A stretch of 57,963 nucleotides of DNA, the filler included, from Jimgerdemannia flammicorona (taxonomy: Eukaryota), in NCBI GenBank assembly GCA_003990765.1. It is 2 parts of 2 records of this genome, joined end to end, with 100 filler letters (N's around TTAATTAATTAA, not from the genome) between each part and the next. Parts side by side here need not be neighbours in the genome. Positions count along the whole stretch, not along the records: positions 29,042 to 57,963 come from RBNJ01000533.1; 1 more part is not named here. One strand, 5' to 3'. The notes beneath the pieces were generated by a model. That model was given only the letters and a program-made list of their open reading frames with translations, did no database searches and had not been told where the DNA came from. The translations under genes were made by a program, and so were the position numbers. This document shows, one piece after another, positions 33,916-48,228 of this stretch. The first letter of the stretch is position 1; every line of letters begins with the position of its first letter.

Positions 33916-34737
33916 ATGCCTGCTGTTTGCCAAACCTCAAGGTCAAGAAATCACCAAGGCTCCTCAATCCAGAAAAGGATGTTCTAAGACATCTGAAGAG
34001 CCATAAGGACCCACACTACAAGGACTCTTAGTGTCAATCTGAGTACTGGTGACCCTTATCATTATATTCTCTACTACTGCAAGATGGAAACAAGAATCAC
34101 CATTGCTACCAAATACCTTCAGATGTAGTAAGAATACAAAATAAGAAACCTCCTCTGCTGGGAATTCCCTCAAGCCAGCCCTCAAGAGCTATAAGATACC
34201 ACTTCTATAGATATATATAAAATAAAGATAGCCAAGAAGATTCATCAGATCTTCAGATATGTACTATGGTTGATCTCCAACTTAGAGTATATCAGAGTCT
34301 CAGACTTCAGAGATCTATCAGCCTGCCATATCAATATACTAGAAGCTATAGTGGTTAAAGAAGCCCAGTCAACTATCATCCTCAATAGTGATGAGATAGA
34401 AGAGTTCTGGTATTCCATCTTCCAGGACAACCCAGATCAATTTCTGCAAGGATTGATCTCAGTATTCCAAGGCCCAAGTATCCAGATTAGACCTTCCCAA
34501 GACCCTACATTTATTCCTTATTTTGTGGAAGAGAACCTCATAGACTAGAGAGCCTCAGATCTCCTCACTCTCTCTACTACCAAACATGATGACATTATTG
34601 GCAATGATGTCATCCTGTGTGATATATACAAAATATGTGATAAAGTACATGAAATGGATAAAATATTTGTAGACCTCATTTTTTTTGAGAACAGCAATGA
34701 GGACAAAGTCCCTATGGTTCTGAACTTTCTGCTCTAA
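33916..34737 (+). pseudogene. LTR-encoded accessory protein, family B (copy in 5' LTR)
   Basis: MPAVCQTSRSRN...MVLNFLL*. Homologous frames at 30554-31369, 40084-40917(-), 47153-47986(-) and ~49822-50615. Confidence 0.7.
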
Positions 34738-37700
34738 GTTCTTAGTGATACTAAATTCTGCCAGCATTCTTTTTCTATATAACAGTTAATTCTTCTACTA
34801 GCATTCTGATCCTGTATAACTCTGAATTTTTCCAGCATCCTTTTCCTATATCACTGAAATTCTACCAGCACCCTGAACTTGTGCAATCATCTATACCAAT
34901 ACTGGAATCTGTACTGACAACTGTAGTTTTCTGTGTTCCAGTATTTTATTTGATTATTGGAATTTATATTTAGCTTTATATCTTAGCAATAATTGAATTA
35001 TATTTTGTATAAATACCTCTCTTATTTTCTTTGAAATAAAGTCAGTTCTAGTTTACTTACTCTCAATTCCATGCAAGCAATCTAAGAGATAACAAGACAG
35101 TTTAAAAATAAGAAGTTTGAGGACTATAAGACCTTGGAAAGGCACTCTAATAAGAACTTGCTTATAATAAACTTGAGGTTAGTCTAAGAGATACACCTTA
35201 GAGAGAATCTGACATATTTGAAGGACTCAGCGATCACTACATGATAACTTGATATCTATTGACTGGTGATTCAAGATGAATTCCTCACTTTTAAGCTGAA
35301 AACAAATAACTACCACAACAACTACTCTGATTACAAGAGTTATCCCTGCAAGAATTCAAGATAAGATGGAAATATGTCCCCCTATATTCTATAGATATAC
35401 TACTGAAGAGTCAATCCTGACCTTTATTGAAGACTTTGAACAATTTGCTACCATACAAGCCCTTGGTGTGGATGTACAATTGTCTCTTCTATCAGTTAGC
35501 CTCAGAGAGCCTGCTAGAGATAAGTTCAATATAGCCACTATTGCTGATACTGATATAGCCAAACTTGCCAACATGAAGACCTTCTTCAGAACTACATACT
35601 ATATCAAAGAGATCAAGCAAGCTCTCAAGAATCAACTTAACACTATCTGCCAGAGACTTAGTAAAGATCCCAACTCATTCTATACCCAAATCTGCTATCA
35701 GATTATTTTGGCTGGCTATGATAACTACCTCAAGGACCAAATAGCAGATTCAACCTTCCTGAAAGGAGTTCACCCTGAATTGCCCTAGCAATCTGGTTTA
35801 CCCCAGCTACTCTGACCCTTGACCAGAAAATGGTCTTTATACAGAGATATTGGACTGCCAGACATCCTGCTGAATACTCAATGGAGAAAATAACTGGCAT
35901 CAAGATAGAGCCATTAAAGCCAACCAGTATCATAATCACTATAGTTGTAAACAGACAACTATCCCCACCTATCCCCAAGATAGCCAAAGCTGACTCAGTG
36001 GAGAAACTTGCCAAGCAGTTTGCCAAGATAACTGTACACCTTAGTGATGTTATTAGAGAAGTCCAAAGCACTAATAAGAGATCAGTATAGAGATTTACAG
36101 TTGCTACAGAATGCAATATCATATGCTTCAGATGTGGAGAAGAATGTCACTATGCAAAGAGTTGCATGACTGAAACAAGATACAAAGCCCAACCAAGCAA
36201 TACTATCAGAACCAAAGAACAAACCAATACAGTAGTCATCAAGGAGATTGGTAATACTGATGATGAAGAATACTATGAGGAGTCCAAATTCTACCCTGTT
36301 ACTGAAGATGCCAGAACCCAGTCCAAGCTCTATGATAAGAAGAGCAACCATAAGCCAGTTGGAAGACCAAAGAAGACCCCAGCTGTCACTATTCAAAGTA
36401 AGACCCAATCTGAGGAGATTGATCAAGACATAGAGCTAGATGAAACTGCCTACCAAATTATCAAAGACACTACTCCAGTCTCAGGAGAAAGTGAAAGCAA
36501 GAAAGAACAGAAGCTGCACAAGACTAAGATCCATCAGTATGATATCTACAAGGATCTCAAGGAATAGAAGGTCAATACTACTTTTGGATAGCTAGCTGAA
36601 GTCTCTGCCTTTAGATAGCAGTTGAGAGTAGAACTTGCAACTACTACCAAGAATCAAGAGTACAAGATTGTAGAAGCTCACAATGCATAAGAAGATAATC
36701 AAGAAGATTCAAGTAAAGAATCTGAAGATCAGTACAAGACATCAGCCTATACTCCATATCAGATTGAAGATTGTATCTTAGATGCCATCATTGATACTGG
36801 TGCTGGAGGATGCCTTATGAGCAAGAAGGCAATTGACTACCTAGGCTGGGACATTGAAGAGTCTATCAAGATGGTCTATATCACAGTAGATGGTACACAA
36901 GCTACCCCCCTTGGTAAGATCTGAGAAGTCTCTATCAAGATTGAAGAAGCTACCATCTCAGTAGATGTGATTATTATAAGCACTACTAACTATGATATCC
37001 TCATTGGCAACCAATGACTTTACAAGGCCAAGGCCATCATTGATCTCAATGCCCAGAAGATACAGATCAACTATAGAGAAAGAAAGGTATGAGTCTCTAT
37101 CAATGTCCACAAGGAGTACTGCCAGACATGGAGGAAGGAGATGAAGAGAACACAGAAGTCTTCATACACTTAATATATAAGAATAAAAGCAAGACACCCA
37201 AGCTTACAGATGAGCAGTGGTACAATAAGATCATCAATGGCTATGCCTCTCAAGGAAGATGCCCCTATGGTACTAGGATATACTGCTCTAAATATCTAAA
37301 TGACTACTGGTCCTGTATCAGTAAAGTCAGGAAAATCTGCCAACAAAAGCATGAGCAAGAAGCTACTGAAGCAAAAAGAGAAGCTGAAGAAGATAACCAA
37401 CCCCCAGAGCTTCAAGCTAACAGTGATGATGAGGAGGAACAAGAACCAGACATTACTCTCAAGGTTAAGAAGTTCTACCCCAAAGTCAAGATCCCAGAAT
37501 ACAAGACTGAAGGAGTCATAGAAATAGACCTTGTCAGTATTTAAGATACTAATCTTGAACCCCCAGACCACCACTCTACTTAGCACTGAAATTGGAGTCA
37601 AGTTGCTAGAGAACTATACCAGAATTATCAAGACCAGGAGAAGTCTGGCCAAAAGCAAAATCTCAGTTGAAGGAGGAGTAATTGACCCTGATTACACTGG

Positions 37701-39607
37701 TGAGATCTTTCTCATAGTCAGGAATTACAACCCCATCACTCCATTCGAAGTCAAGAAGTATGACAGGATTGGCCAGATGCTGATTCATAAAGTCAAGAAG
37801 CCTAAGATTACTGAAGCTATTGAACTCATCAAGACCAAGAGAGGAGAACAAGGCTTTGGATCTACTGGAAGAGGAGCCTATGCTGTCACTAAGATTACTG
37901 AACTTAAGTATAAGAAAGACAAGGGCCAGAACAAGCACATATGTATATACCATTGGAGAAAACTTTCCTCTAGAAGAACAACTTCTCAAGATCCTGTACC
38001 AGAACAAAGAAGTACTTGCTACAGACTTCAGGGATATCCATAATCAAAAATCCAAGTACTACCATGAAGTTGACACCAGTGATACCAAGCCCATCTATCA
38101 GAAAGCCAGATCTATACCACCTGCCTATAGAGAATGGCTGCGAGCAGAACTCAAGAAAATAAAAGAAGCCAGAATCATCAAGCAAGCTATCAGCTCTTGG
38201 ACTTCACTCATTGTCCTCACCCCCCAAAAATAAAGCAAGTCTGGAGAGTTTGCCTCAAGACTCTGCATTGATTACAGAAAGCTCAATGTAATCACCAAAA
38301 AGGATAGGCCGCCTTTGCCAAATATTTAAGAAATTCTTACCACTCTTAAAAGTGAAGTCAAATACTACACCACCTTGGATCTGTTCTCAGGCTTCCATCA
38401 GATTGGTCTCACTTAAGATGCCAGTGAGAAATTAGCCTTCATCACACCTGATGCCACCTATGTCTACCTGCAAATGCCATTTGGAATGTACAATGCTCCA
38501 GTAAGTTTTCAGCAAATGATAAATAGAGTCTTCAGCAATGAGATTGAAAAATGACTCTTTGTTATATTAATGATGTGATCATCTTCAGTAATACTGTATG
38601 GGAACATATCAACTATATATAACTAGCTCTCAAGAAGCTCAAGGAGTATGGCCTCTACATCAAGCCCAAGAAGTGCAAGTTTGCAGTCTGAGAAATTGCC
38701 TACTCAGAACACATCATCAATCAGACCAGAATTTATATGGATCTCATAAAGATTGAGACTGTTGCAGCCTACCCAAGATCCAGGATAACTACAGAAGTCC
38801 ATGCCTTTCTTAGACTGGCCTCCTACTACAGAAGATTCATCAAAGGATACTCTAACATTACAGCACCTATCTATGAGCTAAAGAAGGAAACTAAATTCAA
38901 ATGAACCAAGAAATGTTAAGAAACCTTCAATGAACTCAAGATCAGATTGACTCAAGCACCTATCCTCAGAAGACCAGATTGAAACCTAGAGTTAATCCTG
39001 CAAACAGACACAAGTACTATAGAACTAGGAGCAGTCCTAGCTCAGAAGAAAGATGAACATAAATATATCATCTCTTATGCAAGCCAAGGTATCTGTAGAG
39101 CAGAACAGGACTATGAGTTATACAAGCTTGAATAGTTAGCAGTAGTTTGGGCAGTAGACAAATTCTACTACTACTTAGCTGGAAAATACTTCACTATTCA
39201 AACAGACCATTCTGCTCTTGCCTAGCTATTCCACACTCTGAACTCCAAAGGAATATATGTCAGATAGATCTACAAACTGCAAGAGTATGACTGTACTGTC
39301 AAACATTGCTCAGAAAGAACTAATGCCAATGCTGATGCACTCTCAAGGACACCCAAAACACCCCCATCAAGACTATTCAATATGAATAAGGAGCTATACT
39401 ATGGATTAATCAGCTATCTTGGGCAGCAGAAGATGCTCAACCCTCTCAAACCCTGAACTATCACTATCATCAACCAGACTTGGAAACAATTTGAACTAGA
39501 CAACACTATACTCAGAAAAGGAAGAAAGCTCATAATATCCAAACATAAGAAATATTAAGTAATGAAGGAAGTATATGAACAAGGACACTTAGGAGAAATC
39601 AATATAT

Positions 39608-42600
39608 TGTCACATAGTGGTCGCTGAGTCCTTCAAATATGCCAGATTCTCTTCAAGGTATATCTCTTAGACTAACTCAAGTTGTTATAAGCAAGTTCTT
39701 ATTGGAGTGCCTTCCCAAGGTCTTATAGTCCTCAAACTTCTTATCTTTAACTGTCTTGTTATCTCTTAGATTGCTTGCAAGGGATTGTGTATTGCACTGA
39801 ACTTGACTGACTTTATTTCAGAGGAAATAAGAGGGGTATTTATACAAAATACAATTCAATGGTTGCTAATATATAAAGCTAAATATAAATTCCAATAACT
39901 AAAACTACTAAGTTCCAGAGTCGGTACTGATGGTTGTACAGGTTCAGGATGCTGGCATTATTTAGTATCACATCAAAATGTCAGTGCTGGAACAATCTTG
40001 CATCACCTCAGAATACCGGTGCTGGCATTATCCAGTATTACATGAGAATACCAGTGCTGGTATTATCTAGTATAACACAGAACTTAGAGCAGAAAGTTCA
40101 GGACCATGGGAGCTTCATCCTCATCATCATTATCACTGAAAGAGATGAGATCTGCAAATTCATCATTTTTGCATACTTCATTATGCATCTTGCATATGTC
40201 AATGTTGCATGGAATAACATCATTGCCAATGACGTCATCCTGTTTGGCTGTGGTGGGAAGATCAGGAACAAGATCTGGAGCTCTCCAGTCTATGAGGTTC
40301 TCTTCTACAAAATAGGGAACAAATGTTGGGTCTTAGGGAGGTCTAACCTGGATGCTTGGGTCTTAGAATACTGAGATCAATCCTTACAGGAATTGGTCTG
40401 AGTTGTTCTGAAGGATAGGATGCCAGAAGTCTTCTACTTCTTCACTGTTGAGGGTGATAGTGGACTGGGCTTCTGTAGCCACCCTGGCTTCTAGTGCATT
40501 GATATGGCAGGATGATAGGTCTCTGAAGTCTGAGACTCTAACATACTCCAAGTTGGGAATCAACTATAGTACATGCCTGAAGATCTGATGGATCTTCTTA
40601 GCTGTCCTTGTTTTGCATATATCCACAGGAGTGGCATCTTATAGCTCTTGGGTGCTGGCTTGTGGGAACTCCTGGCAGAGGAGGTTTTCTATTTCATACT
40701 CCTGCCACATTTGGAGGCATTTAGTAGCAATAGTGATCCTTGTTTCCATTTCATGGTGGTAGAGAATGAAGTGATAAGGGTCTGCAGTACCCAGGTTGAT
40801 ACTAGGAGTCCTTCTTGAGCAGGTCCTCATGGCTCTTCTAATGTCTTGGAACATCCTTTCCTTGACCGAGATACCTTGGTAATTCCTTGACCTTGAGGTT
40901 TGGCAGGTAGCAGGCATTTCATTTGTAGTAAGTCTTTGAGCTATTTTGGAATTGGTGGTTCTTGTTAGTTGCTGCTACTGTAGTTCCTTGATCCTTCTTT
41001 TATATTCTTCAGGATGTTTGTACTGTGGTCACAATGACTTACAGTTGGTCATCATTGCTCATCTCATATGCTGTATGATCTTCTTGTGCTCCGATCTGGT
41101 GGCTTGTAAGGAAAGGCTATCTCTGGTACTGATGTCATCATTCTGGGGTCACCATTACATCTTTCTCCTGAATAAGGATCTTCCTGAGCATCCTTATTCA
41201 TTGGTCCAGTCTTGAAAAATTTGCTGATCCCATAACCTCTGGTAAGGGGTTGAAAACTGGTATTTATGGGCTAGCATCTTCCCTTTGTATTTTGGCATAA
41301 TAGTGAAGAGTTGCTCCCTTCATATAGAGCAAGGGCCTGATTCTGATCTTGACCAATCAGTTGACGGTTTGAACTCCTCTAACTTCGAAAGTCTCATAGA
41401 TGAGTAGTTGCCAGTGCCATATCTCTTAGAGAATGGTCTAGACAGATAGCCTACTGGTCATGGGACATGCTGTTATGATTTGCAGACTAGAACCTCATGG
41501 GCAGTCATCACATTTTGCTTCTCTTGTATAGGTTCATGGTACTTCTTGAGTCTGTTCCTATGTACTGTGGTAGACAGTATGGTCCCTGAGATTTTTCTAA
41601 GCCAGAAGGTAGTTCCCTTGATATCTTGCATATAGAAGGGTCCTTCCCATTTGGGCTCCAGTTTTCACGACCATGAGGCTTCTACCATATTTTGATACAG
41701 TAGAACCTTTTCTTTGATTCAGATGGGTTCTAGGGCCTTGTGATTCTTTTCCGCATTCTTCCTTATCAGCGCTTGTGACTTGGTGATGTAATCTTCAGCC
41801 TTCTTCCTGATTTGGTGTAGTCTCCAGATTTCTGCATCAACCCATCTCTAAGTTAGGTCTAGATTTGTGGCTGAGGTTCCATCAGAATCTTCTTCTCTGA
41901 AGAGCAGCTCTCTTAGGGTAAAATGTGTGCTCTGTGACCATATGTCTCATAGAACAGAGAGGGCAGTTGGGAGATAGTTATCCCAATTCTCATATGTCTC
42001 TGAGATCTTTGCTAGGATGTTCTTGAGGGTCTTGTTGGTTCTTTCTGTTTGTCCATTTTCTTGAGGGTGGTATGCAGTGGTCTTGATGTGCTGGATCTTA
42101 TATTTCTGATACATTATCTTGTGGAATCCATTAACAAATTCTGTACCATGGTCTGTTGTGATTTGCTTTGGTGTCTTGTAGCAGCAGATGATTTCTCAGT
42201 GTAGGAAGTCAGCTATAGAGAGGGCATTGGCTTCTTGTAATGCTCCTGCCTCTATCCATTTAGTGAAGAGGTCTACAATAACTATAATATAGCAGTTTCC
42301 TGATAGTATTACTGATAGTGGTCCAATGATATCCATTGTGATGTGGTGGAAGGGGATAGGCTCAATTCTTAATGATCCAGGTGCCTGGTCTTGCTGATCT
42401 TGTTTCTGTTTTTGGCACTTGTCACACTCTTTGACAAATTGGTGCAGGTCTTCTTCCATCTTGGGCCACTACATGGTTCTTCTTACCTTGTCATATGTGT
42501 TGGTTCCTCCTAAGTGTCCTTGCTCATGTACTTCCTTCATTATTTGATACTTCTTGTATTCAGGTATTACTAGCTTTCCTCCTTTTCTGAGTATAGTGTT

Positions 42601-45600
42601 GTCTAATTCAAACTGTTTCTAAGTCTGGTTGATGATGGTGATTATCCAGGGTTCGAGATGGTTGGGCATCTTCTGCTACCCAAGGTAGCTGATTAATCCA
42701 TAGTATAGCTCTTTATTTATGTTGAGTAGTCTTGATGGAGGTGTTTTGGAGTGTCCTTGAGAGTGCATCAGCATTGGTGTTGGTCTTTCCTGAGTGGTGC
42801 TTGACAGTACAGTCATACTCTTGCAGCCTGTAGATCCATCTGGCATATATTCCTTTGGAGTTCAGAGTGTGGAATAGCTAGGCAAGAGTGGAATGGTCCA
42901 TTTGAATGGTGAAGTGTTTTCTGGCTAGATAGTAGTGGAACTTGTCTACTGCCCAAACTATTGCTAAGCATTCAAGCTTGCATGACTTGTAGTTCTGTTC
43001 TGCTCCATGGGTACCTCAGCTTGCATAGGAGATGACATATTCATGTCCATCTTCTGAGCTAGGACTGCTCTAAGTCCTATAGCACTCACATCTGTCTGCA
43101 GGATGAATTCTAGGTTCCAGTCTGGTCTTCTGAGGATGAGTGCTTGGGTCAACCTGGTCTTGAGTTCATTGAAGGTTTCTTGGCACTCCTTGGTCCATTC
43201 GAATTTGGTCTCCTTCTTCAGTAGCTCATAGATAGATGCTGCAATATTGGAGTATCCTTTGATAAATCTTCTGTAGTAGCTGGGCAGTCCAAAGGAAGGT
43301 GTGGACTTCTGTAGTTGTTCTGGGTCTCAGGTAGGCTGCAACAGCCTCAATATTTATGGGGTCTGTGTGGATTCCAGTCTGGTTGATGAGGTGTCCTAGG
43401 TAGGCAATTTCTTGAGCTGCAAACTTGCATTTCTTGAGCTTGATATAGAGGCCATGCTCCTTGAGCCTCTTGAGGGCTAGCTGTATGTAATTGATATGTT
43501 TCCATATAGTGTTGCTGAAGATGATCACATCATCAACATAGATAAAGAGCCATTTTCCAATCTCGTTGCTGAAGACTCTGTTCATCATTCACTGGAAACT
43601 TGCTGGGGCATTGCACATTCCAAATGGCATTCGCAGATAGATATAGGTAGCATCAGATATGATGAAGGCTGATTTCTCACTGGCATCTTAAGTGAGACTG
43701 ATCTGATGGAAGCCTGAGAACAGATCCAAGGTGGTGTAGTATTTGGCTTTACTTCTAAGAGTGGTAAGGATTTCTTGAATATTCGGCAAGGGCTGCCTAT
43801 CCTTCTTGGTGATGGCATTGAGTTTCCTGTAGTCAATGCAGGGTCTTGGTACAAACTCTCCAGGCTTACTTCCTTTCTTTGGGGCAAGGACAATGGGTGA
43901 GGCCCAGGGGCTGATAGCTTGCTTGATGATTTTAGCTTCTTCTATTTCCTTGAGTTCGGCTCACAGCCACTCTCTGTAGGCAGGTGGTATGGGTCTGGCT
44001 TTCTGATAGATAGGCTTGGTATCACCAGTGTCAACTTTATAGTAGTACTTGGGTTCTTGATTGTGGATATCCCTAAAGTCTGTAGCAAGTACTCCTTCAT
44101 TCTGATACAGGATCTTGAGAAGTTGTTCCTCCAGGGGAAAGTTTTCTCCAATGATATATGTGTGCTTGTTCTGGTTCTTGTCTTTCTTGTGCTCAAGTTC
44201 AGTAATCTTGGTAGCAGCATAGGCTCCTCTTCTAGTAGATCCAAAGCCTTGTTCTCCTCTCTTGGTCTTGATAAGTTCAGTGACTTCTATGATCTTGGGC
44301 TTCTTGATTTCATGGATCAGCATCTGGCCAATCCTGTCATACTTCTTAACTTTGAAGGGGGTGGTGTGGTTGTGATTTCTGACTATGAGAAAAATCTCGC
44401 CAGTGTAATCAGGGTCAATTACTCCTCCTTCAACTGAGATTTCACTTTTGGCCAGACTGCTCCTAGTCTTGATAATTCTGGCATGGTTTTCTGACAACTT
44501 GACTCCAATTCCAGTGCCAAGTAGGATGGTGGTCTGTGGTTCAAGGGTAGCATCTTGGATACTGGCAAGGTCCATTTCTATGGCTCCTTCAGTCTTGTAT
44601 TCTGGGATCTTGGCTTCAGGGTGAAACTTCTTGACCTTGAGGGTGATGTCTGATTCTTGTTCCTCCTCATCGTTACTGTCAGCTTGAAGCTCTGGGGGCT
44701 GGTCATCTTCTTCAGCTTTCCTTTTTGCTTCAGCAGCTTCTTGCTTATGTTTCTGTTGGCAGATTTTCCTGACTTCACTGATACAGGACCAGCAGTCATT
44801 CAGGTGTTCAGAGCAGTACATTCTAGTACCATGGGGGTATCTTCCTTGAGGGGCATACCTATCGATGATCTTGTTATACCACTGCTCATCTGTGAGCTTG
44901 GGTGTCTTGTTCTTGTTCTTGTTCACTAAGTGCATGAAGACCTCTGTGTCTTCTTCATCTCCTTCCTCTATGTCTAGCAGGACTCTTTTGTGGAAATTGA
45001 TAGAAACTCATACCTTTCTTCCTCTGTAGTTGATCTGTATCTTCTGGACATTGAGGTTAATGATGGCCTTGGCCTTGTGAAGCCATTGGTTGCCAATGAG
45101 GATATCATAGTTGGTGGCACTTATAACAATCACATCTACTGGAATGGTAGCTCCTCCTATCTTGATGGAGACTTCTCAGATTTTGCTAAGGGGGGTAGCT
45201 CGTGTACCATCTGCTGTGACATAGACCATCTTGGTGGACTCTTCAATGTCCCAACCTAGGTAGTCAATTGCCTTCTTGCTCATGAGGCATCCTCCAGCAC
45301 CAGTATCAATGATGGTATCAAAGATACAGTCTTCAATCTGGCAGGGGGTATAGGCTGATGTCTTGTGCTGGTCTTCGGATTCTTCACCTAAGTTCTCAGA
45401 TTCTTCTTGTGTATTGTTAGCTTCTATGATCTTGTACTCTTGATTCTTGATGATAGTTGCAAGTCCTACTCTCAACTGCTGTCTGAAGGCAGGGACTTCA
45501 GCTAGTTGCCCAAAAGTGGCATTGACCTTCTGTTCCTTGAGGTCCTTGTAGATATCATACTGGTGGATCTTGGTCTTGTGCAGCTTCTGTTCCTTCTTGC

Positions 45601-48228
45601 TCTCACTTTCTCCTGAGACTGGAGTAGTGCCTTCGATAATTTAGTGGGCAGCTTCATCTAACTCCATGTCTTGATCAATCTCCTCAGACTGGGTCTTGCT
45701 TTGAATAGTGATAGCTGGAGTCTTCTTTGGTCTTCCAACTGGCTTGCTGTTGCTCTTCTTGTCATAGGGCTTGGACCAGGTTCTGGTACCTTCAGTAGCA
45801 GGATAGAATTTGAGCTCCTCCTGCAAATCTCTGCACTGGTCTCCTGTTGGTGCTTCAGACTTCTCTAACAACATCACCGAGGTGTGTAGTCATCTTGGCA
45901 AACTGCTTGGCAAGTTCTTCCACTGGATCAGCTTTGGCTGTCTTGGGAGTAGGTGGGGTTGGTTGTCTGTTTATAACTATGGCAGGTAAGATACTAGTTG
46001 GCTTTGATGGCTCCATCTTGATGCCAGTTATTTTCTCCATTGAGTGTTCAGTAGGGTGTCTGGCAGTCCAATATCTCTGTGCAAAGACCACTTTCTGATC
46101 AAGAGTCAGTGCAGCTGGGGTAGACCAGATTTCTAGGGCAATTTCAGAGTGAACTCCTTTGAGGAAGGTTGAATCCGCTATTTGTTCCTTGAGGGTATCA
46201 TCATAGCCAGCCAAGACAATCTGGTGGCAGATTCTGGTATAGAATGAGTTGGGATCTTCACTAAGTCCCTAGCAGATAGTATTGAGTTGATCCTTGAGAG
46301 CTTGCTTGATCTCTTCAGTATAATATGTTATTCTGAGAAAGGTCTTCATGTTGATAAGTTTGACTGCATCAGCACCAGCAATGGTGGCTGCATTAAACTT
46401 GTCTCTGGCAGGTTCTCTGAGGCTGACTGGTAGAAGGGCCAATTGAGCATCCACACCAAGGGCTCGTATAGCAGCAAATTGTTCAAAGTCTTCAATAAAG
46501 GTCAGGATTGACTCTTTAGTAGTATATCCATAGAATGTGGGGGGATGCATTTCCATCTTATCTTGAATTCTTGCAGGGGTGACTCTTGTAGTCAGGGTAG
46601 TTGTTGTGGGGGTTGTTCGTTTTTCAGCTTGAAAGTGAGGGATTCATCTTGAATCACCAGCCAATGGGCACCAAGTTGTCATGTAGTGGTCGCTGAGTCC
46701 TTCAAATATGCCAGATTCTCTTCAAGGTATATCTCTTAGACTAACTCAAGTTGTTATAAGCAAGTTCTTATTGGAGTGCCTTCCCAAGGTCTTATAGTTC
46801 TCAAACTTCTTATCTTTAACTGTCTTGTTATCTCTTAGATTGCTTGCAAGGGATTGTGTATTGCACTGAACTTGACTGACTTTATTTCAGAGGAAATAAG
46901 AAGGATATTTATACAAAATACAATTCAATAGTTGCTAAGATATAAAGCTAAATATAAATTTCAATAACTAAAACTACTAAGTTTCAGAGTCAGTACTGAT
47001 GGTTGTACAGGTTCAGAATGCTGGCATTATTTAGTGTTACATCAAAATGCCAGTGCTAGAACAATCTTGCATCACCTCAGAATACTGGTGCTGGCATTAT
47101 CCAGTGTTACATGAGAATACCAGTGCTGGTATTATCCAGTGTAACACAGAACTTAGAGCAGAAAGTTCAGGACCATGGGAGCTTCATCCTCATCATCATC
47201 ATCACTGAAGGAGATGAGATCCACGAATTTATCATTTTTATATACTTCGTTATGTGTCTCATATATGTCAATGTTGCGTGGAATGACATCATCACCAATG
47301 ATATCATCCCATTCAGCTGTGGCAGGAAGATCAGGAACAAGATCTGGAGCTCTCCAGTCTATGAGGTTCTCTTCCACAAAATAGGGAACAAATGTGGGGT
47401 CTTGGGGAGGTCTAACCTGGATGCTTGGACCTTGGAATACTGAGATCAATCCTTGCAAGAATTGGTCTGGGTTGTCCTGAAAGATAGGATACCAGAAGTC
47501 TTCTACTTCTTCACTGTTGAGAGTGATAGTGGACTGGGCTTCTGTAGCCACTCTGGCTTCTAGTGCATTGATATGGTGGGATGATAGGTCTCTGAAGTCT
47601 GAGACTCTAACATACTCCAAGTTGGGGATCGACCATAGTGTATGCCTGAAGATCTGATGGATCTTCTTAGCTGTCCTTATTTCATGTATATCCATGGGAG
47701 TGGCATCTTGTTACTCTTGGGTGCTGGCTTGTGGGAACTCCTGGCAGAGGAGGTTTCCTATTTCATACTCCTGCCACATTTGGAGATATTTGGTAGCAAT
47801 AGTGATCCTTGTTTCCATTTCACGGCAGTAGAGAATGAAGTGATAAGGGTCTGCAGTACTCAGGTTGACACTAGGAGTCCTTCTTGAGCAGGTCCTCATA
47901 GCTCTTCTGATGTCTTGGAATATTCTTTCCTCAACTGAGATACCTTGGTAATTCCTTGACCTTGAGGTTTGGCAGGCAGCAGGCATTTCGTTTGTGGTAA
48001 GTCTTTGAGCTATTTTGGGATTGGTGGTTCTTATTGGTTGCTGCTACTGTGGTTCCTTGATCCTTCTTTTATATTCTTCAGGATGCTTGTGCTGTGGTCA
48101 CAATGACTCACAGTTAGTCATCATTGCTTATCTCATATGCTGTATGATCTTCTTGTGCTCTGATCTGGTGGCTTGTAAGAAAAGGCTGTCTCCAGTGCTG
48201 ATGTTATCATTCTGGGGTCACCGTTACA
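39608..48228 (-). mobile_element. Ty3/Gypsy family B element, full length, nested (LTRs 46677-48228 and 39608-41159, 1552 bp each)
   Basis: TG...CA LTRs, intact PBS at 46676, PPT aggagaaaga, apparent TSD ATAT. IIDTGAG, GGVIDPDYTGEI..RGEQGFGST, YVDDV, VDLFTKW. The gag CCHC region appears deleted. Confidence 0.95.
47153..47986 (-). pseudogene. LTR-encoded accessory protein, family B, best-preserved copy (~278 aa)
   Basis: 91-aa and 180-aa ORFs in the same frame, separated by one stop. tataaaag lies ~80 nt upstream. Confidence 0.8.
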
